Positions 19,385 through 29,900 of a DNA stretch of 64,000 nt are shown here, piece by piece (positions within the stretch are counted from its first letter, which is position 1; each line of letters begins with the position of its first letter). A program made the translations under genes and the position numbers. The stretch comes from Candidatus Bathyarchaeota archaeon. GTDB lineage: Archaea; Thermoproteota; Bathyarchaeia; Bathyarchaeales; Bathycorpusculaceae. Where the stretch lies: assembly GCA_963775685.1 (NCBI GenBank), contig CAVZJV010000014.1, positions 1,376,001-1,440,000 of the forward strand, written 5' to 3'. Under the pieces are notes generated by a model. The model worked only from the letters and a program-made list of their open reading frames with translations, was not told where the DNA came from and made no database searches.

Positions 19385-19400
19385 AAATATAAGCGTTTCG
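19385..19400 (-). promoter_or_regulatory. BRE/TATA promoter of the aromatic leader and operon
   Basis: Minus strand reads CGAAACGC-TTATATTT, ending 37 nt before the leader ATG. Confidence 0.6.
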
Positions 19401-19515
19401 GATTTGGACTCACCAAATATAGGATCACTCTATCTCTTGAAAAAGCCAATAGCCAATAAATTCAAAATCTCAACAACTATGATTATGTTATTTTTTGTAA
19501 TTTAATTGAAGTAGC

Positions 19516-21171
19516 TTAACTTTGAGGGACGGCTTCAGTGCTCTTTTCACCCGCGGAGGATACAATGGCTGGAGGCAAGATTTTTCTTTGGATAAGGGCT
19601 TTTACTGCTTCTGAAAGAACGTTACACGCCTGTTTTCTTACCTCTGCGGAGTTGTCTACTTCCTTGTTTGCAATGGACGTCTCTAAATTCTGCATCTTAC
19701 CAATATTTGCCCGTTTGTTTCTCTCATAATCTTCATGGAGTTTTTGTAGTTCGGTACCTGAATTCTGCTCTGCTAACGCCAAGCTCCTTCTTGCATCATC
19801 TAATTTCTTGATAATTTCTATTTGTCTTTCTTCTTCGGCTACTTTCTTGAGGAAGTGAAGGCTACTTATTTTGGTTTGCCGAATTTGAGCAAGCTCTTCT
19901 TCAATTTACATACATTCTTGGTAAAGAAATCAATAGCAGAGTCTCTTTTTTCTTTGAGCTCGCTCGTCTGCGCTTCATACTCAGCGTCAATGTCCCCAAC
20001 TTTTCCTGAATCAATAGAAGAATTACCAACTGCCAAAGCCAACCTCTTCTCAGCAGCATTCAGTTTCTGAGTAAGCTCGGCTTGTTTTTGTTCTTTTGCC
20101 CTTTTCTTGAGTGGATGCCGATAACTCGTTTTTATCTGCTCCACCTCGGCAAGTTCTTCTTTTAAAATGTGCACGTTTCTGAACAAGTAATCTATAGCGC
20201 TCTTTCCTCTAACTACAAAGTCTTTAGTTTGGGCAGCATATCCAGCGTCAATCTCGCCTAGTAAATATCTATTCTCTACAAGTGTCCTTGCTGAGACTTC
20301 AATTTCTGCTTCGTTTGTCAGTCGCTTGGCTAGTTCATCTTCGATTTCGCTGAAAATGTGGTTACATGCTTCGGTAAAAGTTTCGTCTGACCCTATGACG
20401 TCGCTTGATTCAAAGGATAGAATAATCTGCCTAACGTTAACCATCCAATCGTCAAAGTATTTGCTAACAGGCGACTGCTCAAAGACTTCCCCCCCAAGCA
20501 TTTCTAAATAATTCAAAGTCTCAGCACTAATTGCCTCAATCTTCGCGTTCTGCTCCCCTAAGTCAATGGGCGCTCGGGCTTTCTTGCGGTATTTCTTCTT
20601 CTATCTCTTCAGTGACAATAGATTCTGGTAAGTTAACTGGAATTTCAACTGAAATAACTAAAAGGGGTTCGGGTGCTACAGGTGCTTGAAGTTTTGGAAT
20701 TTCCGCAATCGCTTGAATCTCTTTTGGCGTCTCAACTTTATGTTGGTTTTGGACCATTAAGCTATTAAGTTTTGGAATAATGTCCTCAACTACTATCATC
20801 AAGAGATCGCGGTTTTCGCTTTCATTTAACTCCCAAACTTCTCGACGACCACCCTCAAAGGTTAAAGTGAGGTGCCCTGTGAGGTCGATGTATGCTTGGG
20901 AGGCTTCCTTCAATTTGAATGGAAGCACAGATGTGGAAACCGAAATTGAAGAAAACATCGGCGCCAAATACCTCAGCGACTCAAAAAATTTAGCCACCAA
21001 AACCTTCTCCTCAGACAATAACTTCCCGATCTGCTCAATATCCTCTTCTACAAACGCGAAGGTCTCAGCGATTTCTTGGACACTGATTGACTTTCCGCTT
21101 ACAACATGTGGACTTATGACTAAAGCATCTGCTGGAGATGTTGTTACCGGCACCTGAGTCATGACATTCAA
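19516..21171 (-). pseudogene. Roughly 550-aa coiled-coil protein split by two frameshifts
   Basis: Three tandem ORFs (20563-21171, 19866-20516, 19516-19782) join by frame changes. An internal repeat (AIDY/FF...LKK...KL...LALA.NS) spans the second break. Confidence 0.65.
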
Positions 21172-21231
21172 TTCCGCAATAGCCTATTCGCGGAGAAAAG
21201 TACTTGCATGTCACAAAACTTGCATACACTA

Positions 21232-21936
21232 CTAATGGTCAATCTTTATTATCTGTGGTATCTTTCCCGCTGTTCCAACCTGCCCCTTGTAGATTATCAT
21301 TACCCCAATAACTCCCTCAATCGACAACCCCTTGCTGATGCCTGCCTGAATTCCAGCTTGAGCGTCTTCACCTTTGACCTCATTACCTACGGATGTTGCC
21401 GCCGCATCTGCTAAAGCGGCGTTTTTACAGAAAACAACAGCTGCCTCTGCATCGCCGAAACTGAATGCGTGACTGAAGCGTCCCGAGCTGGTAGCGACAC
21501 CACTTGGGAATTCCATGAGCCGAAAGCCGAAACGATTGGAGAGGGGTTCTTCTCCTGCCGCCACTGCCACATCCAATGGCTGGTTTGAGGTTGCCGATAT
21601 TTCGCCGCCATCCTCCACAACCGCTACCTCGCAGCCTGTCTGGAGCATATCTTCTACAGCTAAATCAGCAATTGCACCCGCAACCGCCGCCATGGGACCT
21701 ACAACCGCCTTTTGAGCAGCTTCTGCCATCAGTTTCGCGACAATTGGCTTTTCTGGCGCTGCAACTGGAGTTAAGGTATGCAAAAATTTTGGGTTAGCCC
21801 GAACGTAAACTTCAAGCTCTATGTAGTTACGTTTGATGGATTCTTTGCCCACTTGGATTGCTGGCTGCTGGTCAGAAATGATTGTGCACTGGGACTCTAA
21901 ATGGGCAAAGTACTCTTTGAACAGGTACTTGGTCAA
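21232..21936 (-). CDS. UPF0280/ApbE-like protein (COG2122) of the sulfide-dependent homocysteine cluster
   Basis: VGPMAAVAGAIAD, EDGGEI, ATSSG and SFGDA...ALADAAAT motifs. Confidence 0.9.
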   Translation of the reverse strand: MTKYLFKEYFAHLESQCTIISDQQPAIQVGKESIKRNYIELEVYVRANPKFLHTLTPVAAPEKPIVAKLMAEAAQKAVVGPMAAVAGAIADLAVEDMLQTGCEVAVVEDGGEISATSNQPLDVAVAAGEEPLSNRFGFRLMEFPSGVATSSGRFSHAFSFGDAEAAVVFCKNAALADAAATSVGNEVKGEDAQAGIQAGISKGLSIEGVIGVMIIYKGQVGTAGKIPQIIKIDH

Positions 21937-22370
21937 CTTTTCTTAACCTTATCTTTCGTTGAGCGGTCGACACCGTTTGGCTTGATGGATTTTATGGCTC
22001 GGGCTGGGCACGCATCAACGCAGATACTGCAAGTGCTGCCAAGGCACCGCTCCTTATCAAACTGTACTGTTGAATCGTTGGTTAAGCTAATAGCTTCTAC
22101 GGGGCAAAGGGCAATGCAACTGCCGCAGCTGAAACATTTGTCACTGTCGACTTCGATTAGTTTGGGCACTGTTACTGAGACGCCTCTTTGGCGGAAGGCG
22201 TTCACCACTTTTTCGAGTATCGCGTCGGGAACTTCAGCGAGAATTTCGCCCCCCTTTGAGTTAACATGTGCGGACAATATTGCCATTGGTACTTTGTATT
22301 CGATGATGATTTGGGATGCTATAGGCTCTGAAACTTGTTCTTCGTTGAACCTTATGAGAATTCTTGCCAT
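21933..22370 (-). CDS. NIL-domain 4Fe-4S ferredoxin (aspartate-semialdehyde sulfurtransferase Fe-S subunit, MA1822-like)
   Basis: N-terminal NIL domain; CFSCGSC...CP and CLGSTCSIC...CP clusters. Confidence 0.88.
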   Translation of the reverse strand: MARILIRFNEEQVSEPIASQIIIEYKVPMAILSAHVNSKGGEILAEVPDAILEKVVNAFRQRGVSVTVPKLIEVDSDKCFSCGSCIALCPVEAISLTNDSTVQFDKERCLGSTCSICVDACPARAIKSIKPNGVDRSTKDKVKKS

Positions 22371-22373
22371 GTT

Positions 22374-23876
22374 TTACCGTCCTAACAGCTTAGATACATC
22401 TTCGGCAGTGATTATACCGAGCACCTTACGTTCAATATCAATCACGGGCAACGCGGATATGTTGTTTTGTGCCATGCGTTTGGAAGCAGTCTCCAGAGGT
22501 TCGTCTGGTTTTGCGGTCACTACGTTATGGGATTCTATATCGGCTAATGCTGTTTTACCTTCAGCCATCGCCCTTGTAACATCCCAAGACGTTACAATAC
22601 CCCTTAGCTTGCCAGCTTCATCCACCACAACTATGTGGTTAACTGATCTGGTAACGATACGTTTTGCAATGGCACTAATCGGCTCATCTTCGGTACAAGT
22701 GACTGCTGGATGCATAACACTAACAACAAAAGGAATTTCCTCAGTCTGCCTCATCGCCTTAAAGACTGCGGTTGTGGGCAACCGCTCAACGGGCGCAGTT
22801 AAGAAGAAGCGGCCCTCATCAATCCACGACTTAAGCGTCTGGGAAACCTTCTTTGCCATCTTTAGACTTGAAAGTGAGCTGACGCGAACTTTTTTGCCTT
22901 TAATCATTATTGAGCCAGATTTTAGTTCTTTGTAGCTGACTTGCCCAAACTTGGGGCGATCGCGACGTGGCACGCTGTAGTCCACAATGTCGGTAAGGAT
23001 GTCTTTGTCTTGAATCGAGGTTTTCTTGGCTAATCCCTCGTTTAGAATAGGAATCGGAACACCTAAACCCACATACAATGAAGTGCCATATCCTGTAAAC
23101 GCGGCGCCCTGCAGGAATTCAGGCGACATATTCTTTGCATTACCCTTAACCATCAGAGTCCCGTTGAGGTTTTTGGGGTTATGCTGCGTGCCTTCGCCGA
23201 TAATGTAGCCTTGTGCGCCACCAAGGAATATGCGGGTTCCCATACCCAACGTCTCGTAGTCAGGGTCATTCATTAGCGGGTTGAGTTCACCTGCCCCCGA
23301 AAACGTAGCATTCCTAAACCTTGGCAATAGTTTACTCATATACGTGTAAATAGTTTCGTCGCTACTGTTCACGGCACAATTGTAGCGCTGGTAGCAGTTG
23401 CGAAAATTCAAAAGATAAAACTGGTTCAAATCATCCTTCGTAAGAGTTGTCTTGACCGATGTTCTTGGGTAACAATCTGTCCCATAAGAGGTCGCTCGAA
23501 GTTCAACATCGTTTCCCGCCACCAAATCCTGTATAACATGGCCGCCGCCATACTCAAAAGGAAGCTTCTCTGACATATTCGTCGCGCCAATAAACAGGTC
23601 CACTGCTGCTCCCGGGTGACAGACTTCCACATTGTTCATCCATGCCTTCTCAATCTTAATCGGAGGATCAGAATGCCCAAGATTAACAACAGCACCAGAA
23701 GAGCACATAGCTCCAAAGGTGCCTGTAGTAACAACATCAACTTCATTGAACGCAACTTCGACACCGCTGCTCCCAACCAGCTTCTTCATCTCTTCCGCCG
23801 TTAAAACTTGAGCATCGCCCTTGCGGATTTTCTCATTAATCTCTTCTATTGTGCGAGTCTTCGTAGGTTTGGACAA
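22374..23876 (-). CDS. L-aspartate semialdehyde sulfurtransferase (DUF39 + CBS pair, MA1821-like; homocysteine synthesis)
   Basis: RTIEEINEKI, DVVTTGTFGAMCSSG, RNCYQRY and NDPDYET motifs; two C-terminal CBS domains. Confidence 0.92.
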   Translation of the reverse strand: MSKPTKTRTIEEINEKIRKGDAQVLTAEEMKKLVGSSGVEVAFNEVDVVTTGTFGAMCSSGAVVNLGHSDPPIKIEKAWMNNVEVCHPGAAVDLFIGATNMSEKLPFEYGGGHVIQDLVAGNDVELRATSYGTDCYPRTSVKTTLTKDDLNQFYLLNFRNCYQRYNCAVNSSDETIYTYMSKLLPRFRNATFSGAGELNPLMNDPDYETLGMGTRIFLGGAQGYIIGEGTQHNPKNLNGTLMVKGNAKNMSPEFLQGAAFTGYGTSLYVGLGVPIPILNEGLAKKTSIQDKDILTDIVDYSVPRRDRPKFGQVSYKELKSGSIMIKGKKVRVSSLSSLKMAKKVSQTLKSWIDEGRFFLTAPVERLPTTAVFKAMRQTEEIPFVVSVMHPAVTCTEDEPISAIAKRIVTRSVNHIVVVDEAGKLRGIVTSWDVTRAMAEGKTALADIESHNVVTAKPDEPLETASKRMAQNNISALPVIDIERKVLGIITAEDVSKLLGR

Positions 23877-23939
23877 AGAGCCTTACCTTGATGCAATCGA
23901 GAAGGCGTTTCGCAGTTAATATTTTTTGCGTAAATAACT

Positions 23940-24430
23940 AATTTAATTGGAAATTTTCTTTTTGCCAATTGCAACCGGACAAAAGGAACAAGCACCGCTG
24001 CCACCGCTGAAATGAAAACTGCACCGCCGACCTCTGGCACAGTTGGAACAGGTGATGCAGACTGGAATAGGCATCAGATAGGACAGAAAAACTGCTGTAA
24101 TCGATATTGTTTACAAAACGTCTCCTTGCCAGAATCATACATTAAGGCGATAGCTCCGTCCTCCACGATTACGTTTGCCATCTCAGAACTATTTGTGTCA
24201 GAAATAGCTGAAAAGAGATGAAAATGTAGATTTGCATGCCCATTTCATAACGGTTGGAACATAATTAGTTGCTCATATTTTACCTGTTCCCGAATAATAA
24301 ATCATCATCCCTTCCTTTAGCGGAATAGTGGCTGTTACTTCAACAGTTTTAACAATATTATTAGCGGATAGGGCAAGAATCGATATTATTAGAATAGGCA
24401 AGGGAGTGTTGTGTTTGAGATTTTCATCAT
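23940..24430 (-). pseudogene. Decayed paralogue of the adjacent YVTN beta-propeller surface protein
   Basis: Fragments ILIISILALSANNIVKTVEVTATIPL, AISDTNS...ALMYDSGK and C-terminal PTVPEVGGAVFISAVAAV...KRK lie in shifting frames with stops. Its ATG overlaps the upstream stop. Confidence 0.6.
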
Positions 24431-25518
24431 TTTGCTTTACTTTTAGATTTTAGGTGAACCAAATTTACAACAATAAACCCTGCCGCTGTCACCAGTAAGA
24501 TGAGTGCTATAGTGCTAAACTCGGATAAAGTCTGCCCTTGCGGTATAGCAGAGGAATCGGCTATTACCGAGACTTTGTTGCTTTCAGAATAGGTCACGAA
24601 CAATTCGCCATTGCCAGAATCAAACACCATGCCTTGGGGTTGCTTTTGCAGAGGTAGATTTGAAATAACGGTGTTTGTGCTGTCTGACACTATGGAGAGC
24701 AAAGTTGAATTGTAATTCAATACAAAAACGCGATCATTGAATGAATCATACGCCACGCAGTTAGGGCTGGCTCCTACAGTCACGGTTGCAACAATGAGGT
24801 TTGTCTCGTCAGATATAATTGAGACCGTACTGGAATTGTAGTTGGCTACAAAGATTTCTCCTAAACCAGAATCATAAGCTAAACTTAAGGGTTGATTTTC
24901 CACTGTTATGTTTGTAACAATGACGTTTGTGTTATCTGATAATACCAAGACTTGATTGCTTCCTGCATGGCCAACAAATATCTCACCTTTGCCAGAATCG
25001 TAGGCTAAAGCACATGGCTGGTTTCCTACTGTTATGTTCGCTATAACAATATTGTTACTATCCGAAACCACTGAGACAGAACTAGAATTATAGTTTGCCA
25101 CGAATACTTCGCCTTTGCCAGAATCATAAGCAATGGCAGAAGGAGCACTTCCCACCTTTATGGTCGCAACCACAGTATTATTACTGTCGGATATCACGGA
25201 AACTGAATCTGCACCGTGGTTAGCAACAAAGACTTCACTTTTGCCCCAATCGTAAGCAACGCCATACGGCACCTTTCCCACGGGCACAGTTGCAACTACC
25301 TTGTTAGAACTGTCCGAGATTACATAGACCGAATCGGTATCCCCATTTGCAATGAATATCTCGCCCTTTTGGGGATCGTAAGCTAATCCATAACAGCCGC
25401 CTGAATGCATAAGAGAAATCGTTGCGACTACTTCAACCGTGTGAACCAAACTAGCTGCTGACGCAGCGAATAATATGATAATTATTGAGGCACAAGAGAT
25501 TATACTCATTTGTTTCAT
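24427..25518 (-). CDS. Secreted YVTN/YncE beta-propeller surface protein with C-terminal membrane anchor
   Basis: Signal peptide; about 7 repeats of AYDSGKGEVFVAN...SVSVISDSNN.VVATI.VG; tail SEF + transmembrane segment + KSKSKAK. Confidence 0.9.
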   Translation of the reverse strand: MKQMSIISCASIIIILFAASAASLVHTVEVVATISLMHSGGCYGLAYDPQKGEIFIANGDTDSVYVISDSSNKVVATVPVGKVPYGVAYDWGKSEVFVANHGADSVSVISDSNNTVVATIKVGSAPSAIAYDSGKGEVFVANYNSSSVSVVSDSNNIVIANITVGNQPCALAYDSGKGEIFVGHAGSNQVLVLSDNTNVIVTNITVENQPLSLAYDSGLGEIFVANYNSSTVSIISDETNLIVATVTVGASPNCVAYDSFNDRVFVLNYNSTLLSIVSDSTNTVISNLPLQKQPQGMVFDSGNGELFVTYSESNKVSVIADSSAIPQGQTLSEFSTIALILLVTAAGFIVVNLVHLKSKSKAK

Positions 25519-26783
25519 AGGGTTGACTCCGTTTCGCAAACTTTGCGTTTTTGCCTGCCTTTGCCTGTCTTTGCAGCAACCAGAACCGTTGCAACCACAG
25601 CTACAATCAGCGCTACCTCAACATAGGGCAATAGCGAAAGCGGGATTGGTGCACCGTACTGAGAGTCAAGTTTTGCAAGCCACACTGAACCGTTCTTTGA
25701 ACCCACCATGACGTAGCTGCCGTCCTTGGAGCTGATTATGGAGTTGAAGTTTGCCTCCAACCCCACAGGCAACCTAACATCTGGAAAAGTTGTGTTCCAC
25801 ACCTGATTGCCCTGTGTGTCTGTCATAATTAAACCTATATCGGTCAAGTTCGAAATCGACGTGAGCAAGTATCCGCTGGGGGTTTCAATCGCGCAGGTTA
25901 TAGAGCTGTGTTTGGCGCCGTAGGTTTGATTCCACTGCATGTTACCCTCCTGGTCAGTTTTAACTGCCCAAGCGCTCTTTTCCCAGAGGTATCCCGCCAT
26001 CAGGTATCCGCCGTCCCTAGTAGCGATGGCGAAGTTACATTCTGGTTGATAGTAATAGCCATCGCCGCCGTAAACCGTGGACCCTAGCACGTTTCCCACC
26101 GAATTCAATTTTAAAAGCCTAAAGAACGCCTGGTCTGGAACAAAAGAGTAGCTGACCTCAGAGAGAACGTAACCGCCGTCGGCCGTTTGAAAGATGCTTG
26201 AGGGGCAATCCGACAGGGGGCCCAAAATTGTTTTGTTCCACTCCATGTTTCCTTGCAAATCGGTTTTGGCAAACCAAATCCATCCCAAGCTTTCTTCAAC
26301 TGGCTCGCCAAAACCCGCAACTGCAAAGCCACCGTCTTTGGTTTGAATAATGGACATGAAGTAGTTTATGGGCGCTCCCGAGCTCAGTGTTTTGGTCCAT
26401 TCGATATTACCCTCCGAATCGGTTTTAACTATTGTATACAAGTTATCGACAATGCCAGCCAAAACAAAGCCACCTTCAGCTGTTGGCAAGAGACGAGGAA
26501 GGACGGTAATTGTTGGGTTAATTTGGATTGGCTTTGCCCACAATAGCTGGTTTGAAGAGTCAAGTTTGACAAGGAAAGTGCAGGTTGAGTTGGCAGTGTT
26601 GAGGACTAAGCTGCCGTCGGTTAACTGATAAACCGAGTAGCCAAACTCGCCAGGCAAATCAGTCTGCAACTCGATAGGTGAAGACAAAGGAGAACTAGCT
26701 GCAAAGGAAAGCCAAACTACGCTTAACGCTAAGAAAACTAAAACAATGACTGCCAACAGCACAATTACCTTTCGGATCATCAT
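25515..26783 (-). CDS. Secreted beta-propeller repeat protein with C-terminal transmembrane anchor
   Basis: Signal peptide; repeats (SIIQTKDGGF...KTD..GN..W.KT); C-terminal hydrophobic helix and basic tail. Confidence 0.85.
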   Translation of the reverse strand: MMIRKVIVLLAVIVLVFLALSVVWLSFAASSPLSSPIELQTDLPGEFGYSVYQLTDGSLVLNTANSTCTFLVKLDSSNQLLWAKPIQINPTITVLPRLLPTAEGGFVLAGIVDNLYTIVKTDSEGNIEWTKTLSSGAPINYFMSIIQTKDGGFAVAGFGEPVEESLGWIWFAKTDLQGNMEWNKTILGPLSDCPSSIFQTADGGYVLSEVSYSFVPDQAFFRLLKLNSVGNVLGSTVYGGDGYYYQPECNFAIATRDGGYLMAGYLWEKSAWAVKTDQEGNMQWNQTYGAKHSSITCAIETPSGYLLTSISNLTDIGLIMTDTQGNQVWNTTFPDVRLPVGLEANFNSIISSKDGSYVMVGSKNGSVWLAKLDSQYGAPIPLSLLPYVEVALIVAVVATVLVAAKTGKGRQKRKVCETESTL

Positions 26784-26940
26784 ACCTGCAATATGGGAAA
26801 ATGACGCTTTTAATTCTATTCAAGGAACACCATGTTCCAAAGCTGGAACACTTATTCGCAGCCCAAAATCCAAGCAACTTAAGAAGATAAAATTTGTTGA
26901 TTAAATAAAGTTTGAAAAGTATCGCATATAACTCGCGAGG

Positions 26941-29900
26941 TCACCATTGTTTCCAGGGCAACTCATCCATGTACTCGTTTAGACTCCGTATGCTGTTGCC
27001 GTTTTGTCCTTTCTGTTTTAACACTTCCACAAGCGCCGCTGCCAATTGAAGGTTAGTGATGACTGGTACGTTGAATTCTACTGCTTGGCGCCGTATGATG
27101 TAGCCGTCGGTTATGATGTCTGATATACTTGAGCGACGGTTTGCCATGGGAACGTTGATGACTAGGTCGATTTTGCGTTCTTGCAGGTAATCCATAATGT
27201 TAGGGCTAACCTGGGCATCTTTGACCTTGTAGAGAACGGTCGTGGCAACGCCGTATGCGTTGAGCACGTCGGCTGTATGTTGGGTCGCATAGATCTTGAA
27301 GCCCATCTCAGCGAGAGCTTGAGCAATTGGGACAACCCGCTTCTTGCGTTCCTCGTCACCGCCGACGCTTATGAACACTTTGCCGTCTTTAGGCGGGATG
27401 GTGAATTCGGCAGCCTGCAGCGCTTTGCTGAAGGCATCAGAGAAGTTTGCGCCCAAACAAGCCACTTCGCCAGTGCTGAGCATCTCTACTCCGAGAACTG
27501 GATCGGCACCGCTAAGACGCATAAAGCTGAACTGTGGAACTTTCACTCCAACGTGAGGGGCAACAGTCATTGGTGAGAGTTTGATGCCATCGATTTTTTT
27601 GCCCAGCATCGCCAAAGTCGCCAGCTCAATCATGTTTACGCCACGGGTTTTACTGACAAAGGGCATTGAGCGAGAGGCCCTCAGGTTGCATTCGATAACG
27701 TTGACAACATCATCTTTGACGAGATACTGGATGTTGTAGGGTCCATGGATTTTAAGTGCCTTTACTATGCTGATGGTGCATTCTTCGATTTTCTTCTGCA
27801 CCTCAACTTTGAGCGCTTGGGGCGGAATTGTCATGGTCGCATCGCCGCTGTGCACACCTGCGTTCTCAACGTGTTCCATTATGGCGCCGATGAATACGTT
27901 TTCGCCGTCAGAAACGCCGTCGACCTCGACTTCTTTGGCGCGGTTAATGAATTTGCTGATAACAACTGGGTGGTCGCGGCCAACTTTCGCTGCCAAGTTA
28001 AGGAAGTTCTCCAAGGAGGCCTCATTGTAGGCGACGCGCATGGCTGAGCCTGAGAGCACGTAGCTGGGGCGTACTATAACTGGGTAACCGATTTTATGTG
28101 CAAACCGTTTGGCTTCCTCGATGGATTGCAGTTTGCTCCAAGGTGGCTGAGAAATGCACAGTTGGTCAAGCAAAGCACTAAATTTGGAACGGTCCTCTGC
28201 CAAGTCCACGTCTTGAGCGGATGTGCCCAAAATATTTGCGCCTGCCTCACACAACGATAGAGAGAGGTTGTTTGGGATTTGCCCGCCAACGCTTGTGATT
28301 ATGCCCAAGGGGTTTTCTTTCTCGTAAATGTCTAGGATACGTTCGGTAGTTAATTCTTCAAAGTACAATTTGTCTGAAACATCATAGTCAGTAGAGACGG
28401 TTTCAGGGTTGTAGTTAACCATGATGGCTTCTTGTATGCCGTTCTTCTTGAGCGCCCAAATCGTGTTGACCCCGCACCAGTCAAACTCGACACTGGAACC
28501 GATGCGAAACACGCCAGCGCCCAAAACGATAACTTTGCTTTGGGTAGAGCTGAGCTCAATATCGTCTTCATCTCCGCCATAGGTCATGTATAGGTAGTTG
28601 GTTTTTGCAGGCCATTCAGCTGCCATGGTGTCAATCTGTTTCACCGCTGGAATGATGCCTGCGTTCTTTCGGAAGACTCGAATGGTTACTTCGTCCGTTT
28701 TTTGACATGTAGCAATTTGCTCATCTGAAAAGCCGATGCGTTTTGCTTCACGAATAACCTCAAGCGAGGATTCTTCAGCGAGGTTTATTGTGCAGAGCTG
28801 GGCTTCCATATCAATAATGTTTTGTATTTTATGCAGGAAGAAGGGGTCAACACCGCTTAGGCGGTAGATTTCCATGACGGGTATACCTATTTTGAGAGCT
28901 TTTGCAATCTTGAAGAGCCGCTCGTCTGTGGGATGTTCCATCTCATCTCTTAGCCGCTCTTCAGATTCAGGCTCCGAGTCTTCGGGGTTGCAAACGAGTC
29001 CAATCTTGCCCGTATCGAGCATCCGTACAGCTTTTTGCAAGGCTTCTTCGAAGCAGCGTCCAATCGCCATGACTTCGCCAACGGAACGCATTTGGGGACC
29101 AACGTGACGATCGGCATTCTTGAATTTCTGCAGGTCCCAGCGAGGAATTTTAACGGTTATGTAGTCCAGAGCGGGTTCGAAACAGGCGGTAGTGACTTCC
29201 GTAACTTTGTTGATGAGTTCAGGCAATGTGTAGCCCAAGGTGAGTTTAGTTGCGATGTAGGCAAGGGGGTAACCTGTGACTTTGCTGGCGAGAGCAGAGC
29301 TACGGGACATTCTTGAGTTAACTTCGATAACCCTGCACTCTTCAGTTTTAGGGTACAGAGCCCATTGGATGTTGCATTCACCCACTATGCCAAGGCTGCG
29401 TATCGCGTTTATTGAGATTGTGCGGATTTGGTGGTATTCGCGGTTAGTCATAGTCTGCGAAGGTGCAACTACTATGCTGTCTCCTGTATGGATGCCCATG
29501 GGATCAAAGTTTTCCATGTTGCAGACTGTTATGCAGTTGTCTGAATAGTCACGCATGACTTCGTATTCAACTTCTTTCCAATGCCCCACGTACTCTTCAA
29601 CAAGAACCTGGTTAATGCGGCTCTGCGCTATGCCGATGGTAACTATTTCTTTTAGCTCTTTAGGATTATGAGCAACACCTGCGCCTTTCCCGCCTAAAGT
29701 ATAAGCCACACGAACCATAACAGGGTAATTGATTTCGTCAGCAATCTCCAAGGCTTGTTTAACGCTTGTGGCGGCTCGGCTTTTCAGGTATGGAACCCCT
29801 GCTTTTTGCATTGCTTGCCGGAAGCGCTCTCTGTCACCAGTATCTTCGATAGCTTGGACAGGTGTACCTAAAACTTTAACGTTGTACTTTTGCAGAATAC

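Noticed and set aside
21901-22935. 344-aa plus-strand ORF and many similar antisense ORFs (e.g. 11335-12105, 1440-2081)
   Set aside because: They are antisense shadows of well-supported genes and have no motifs of their own.
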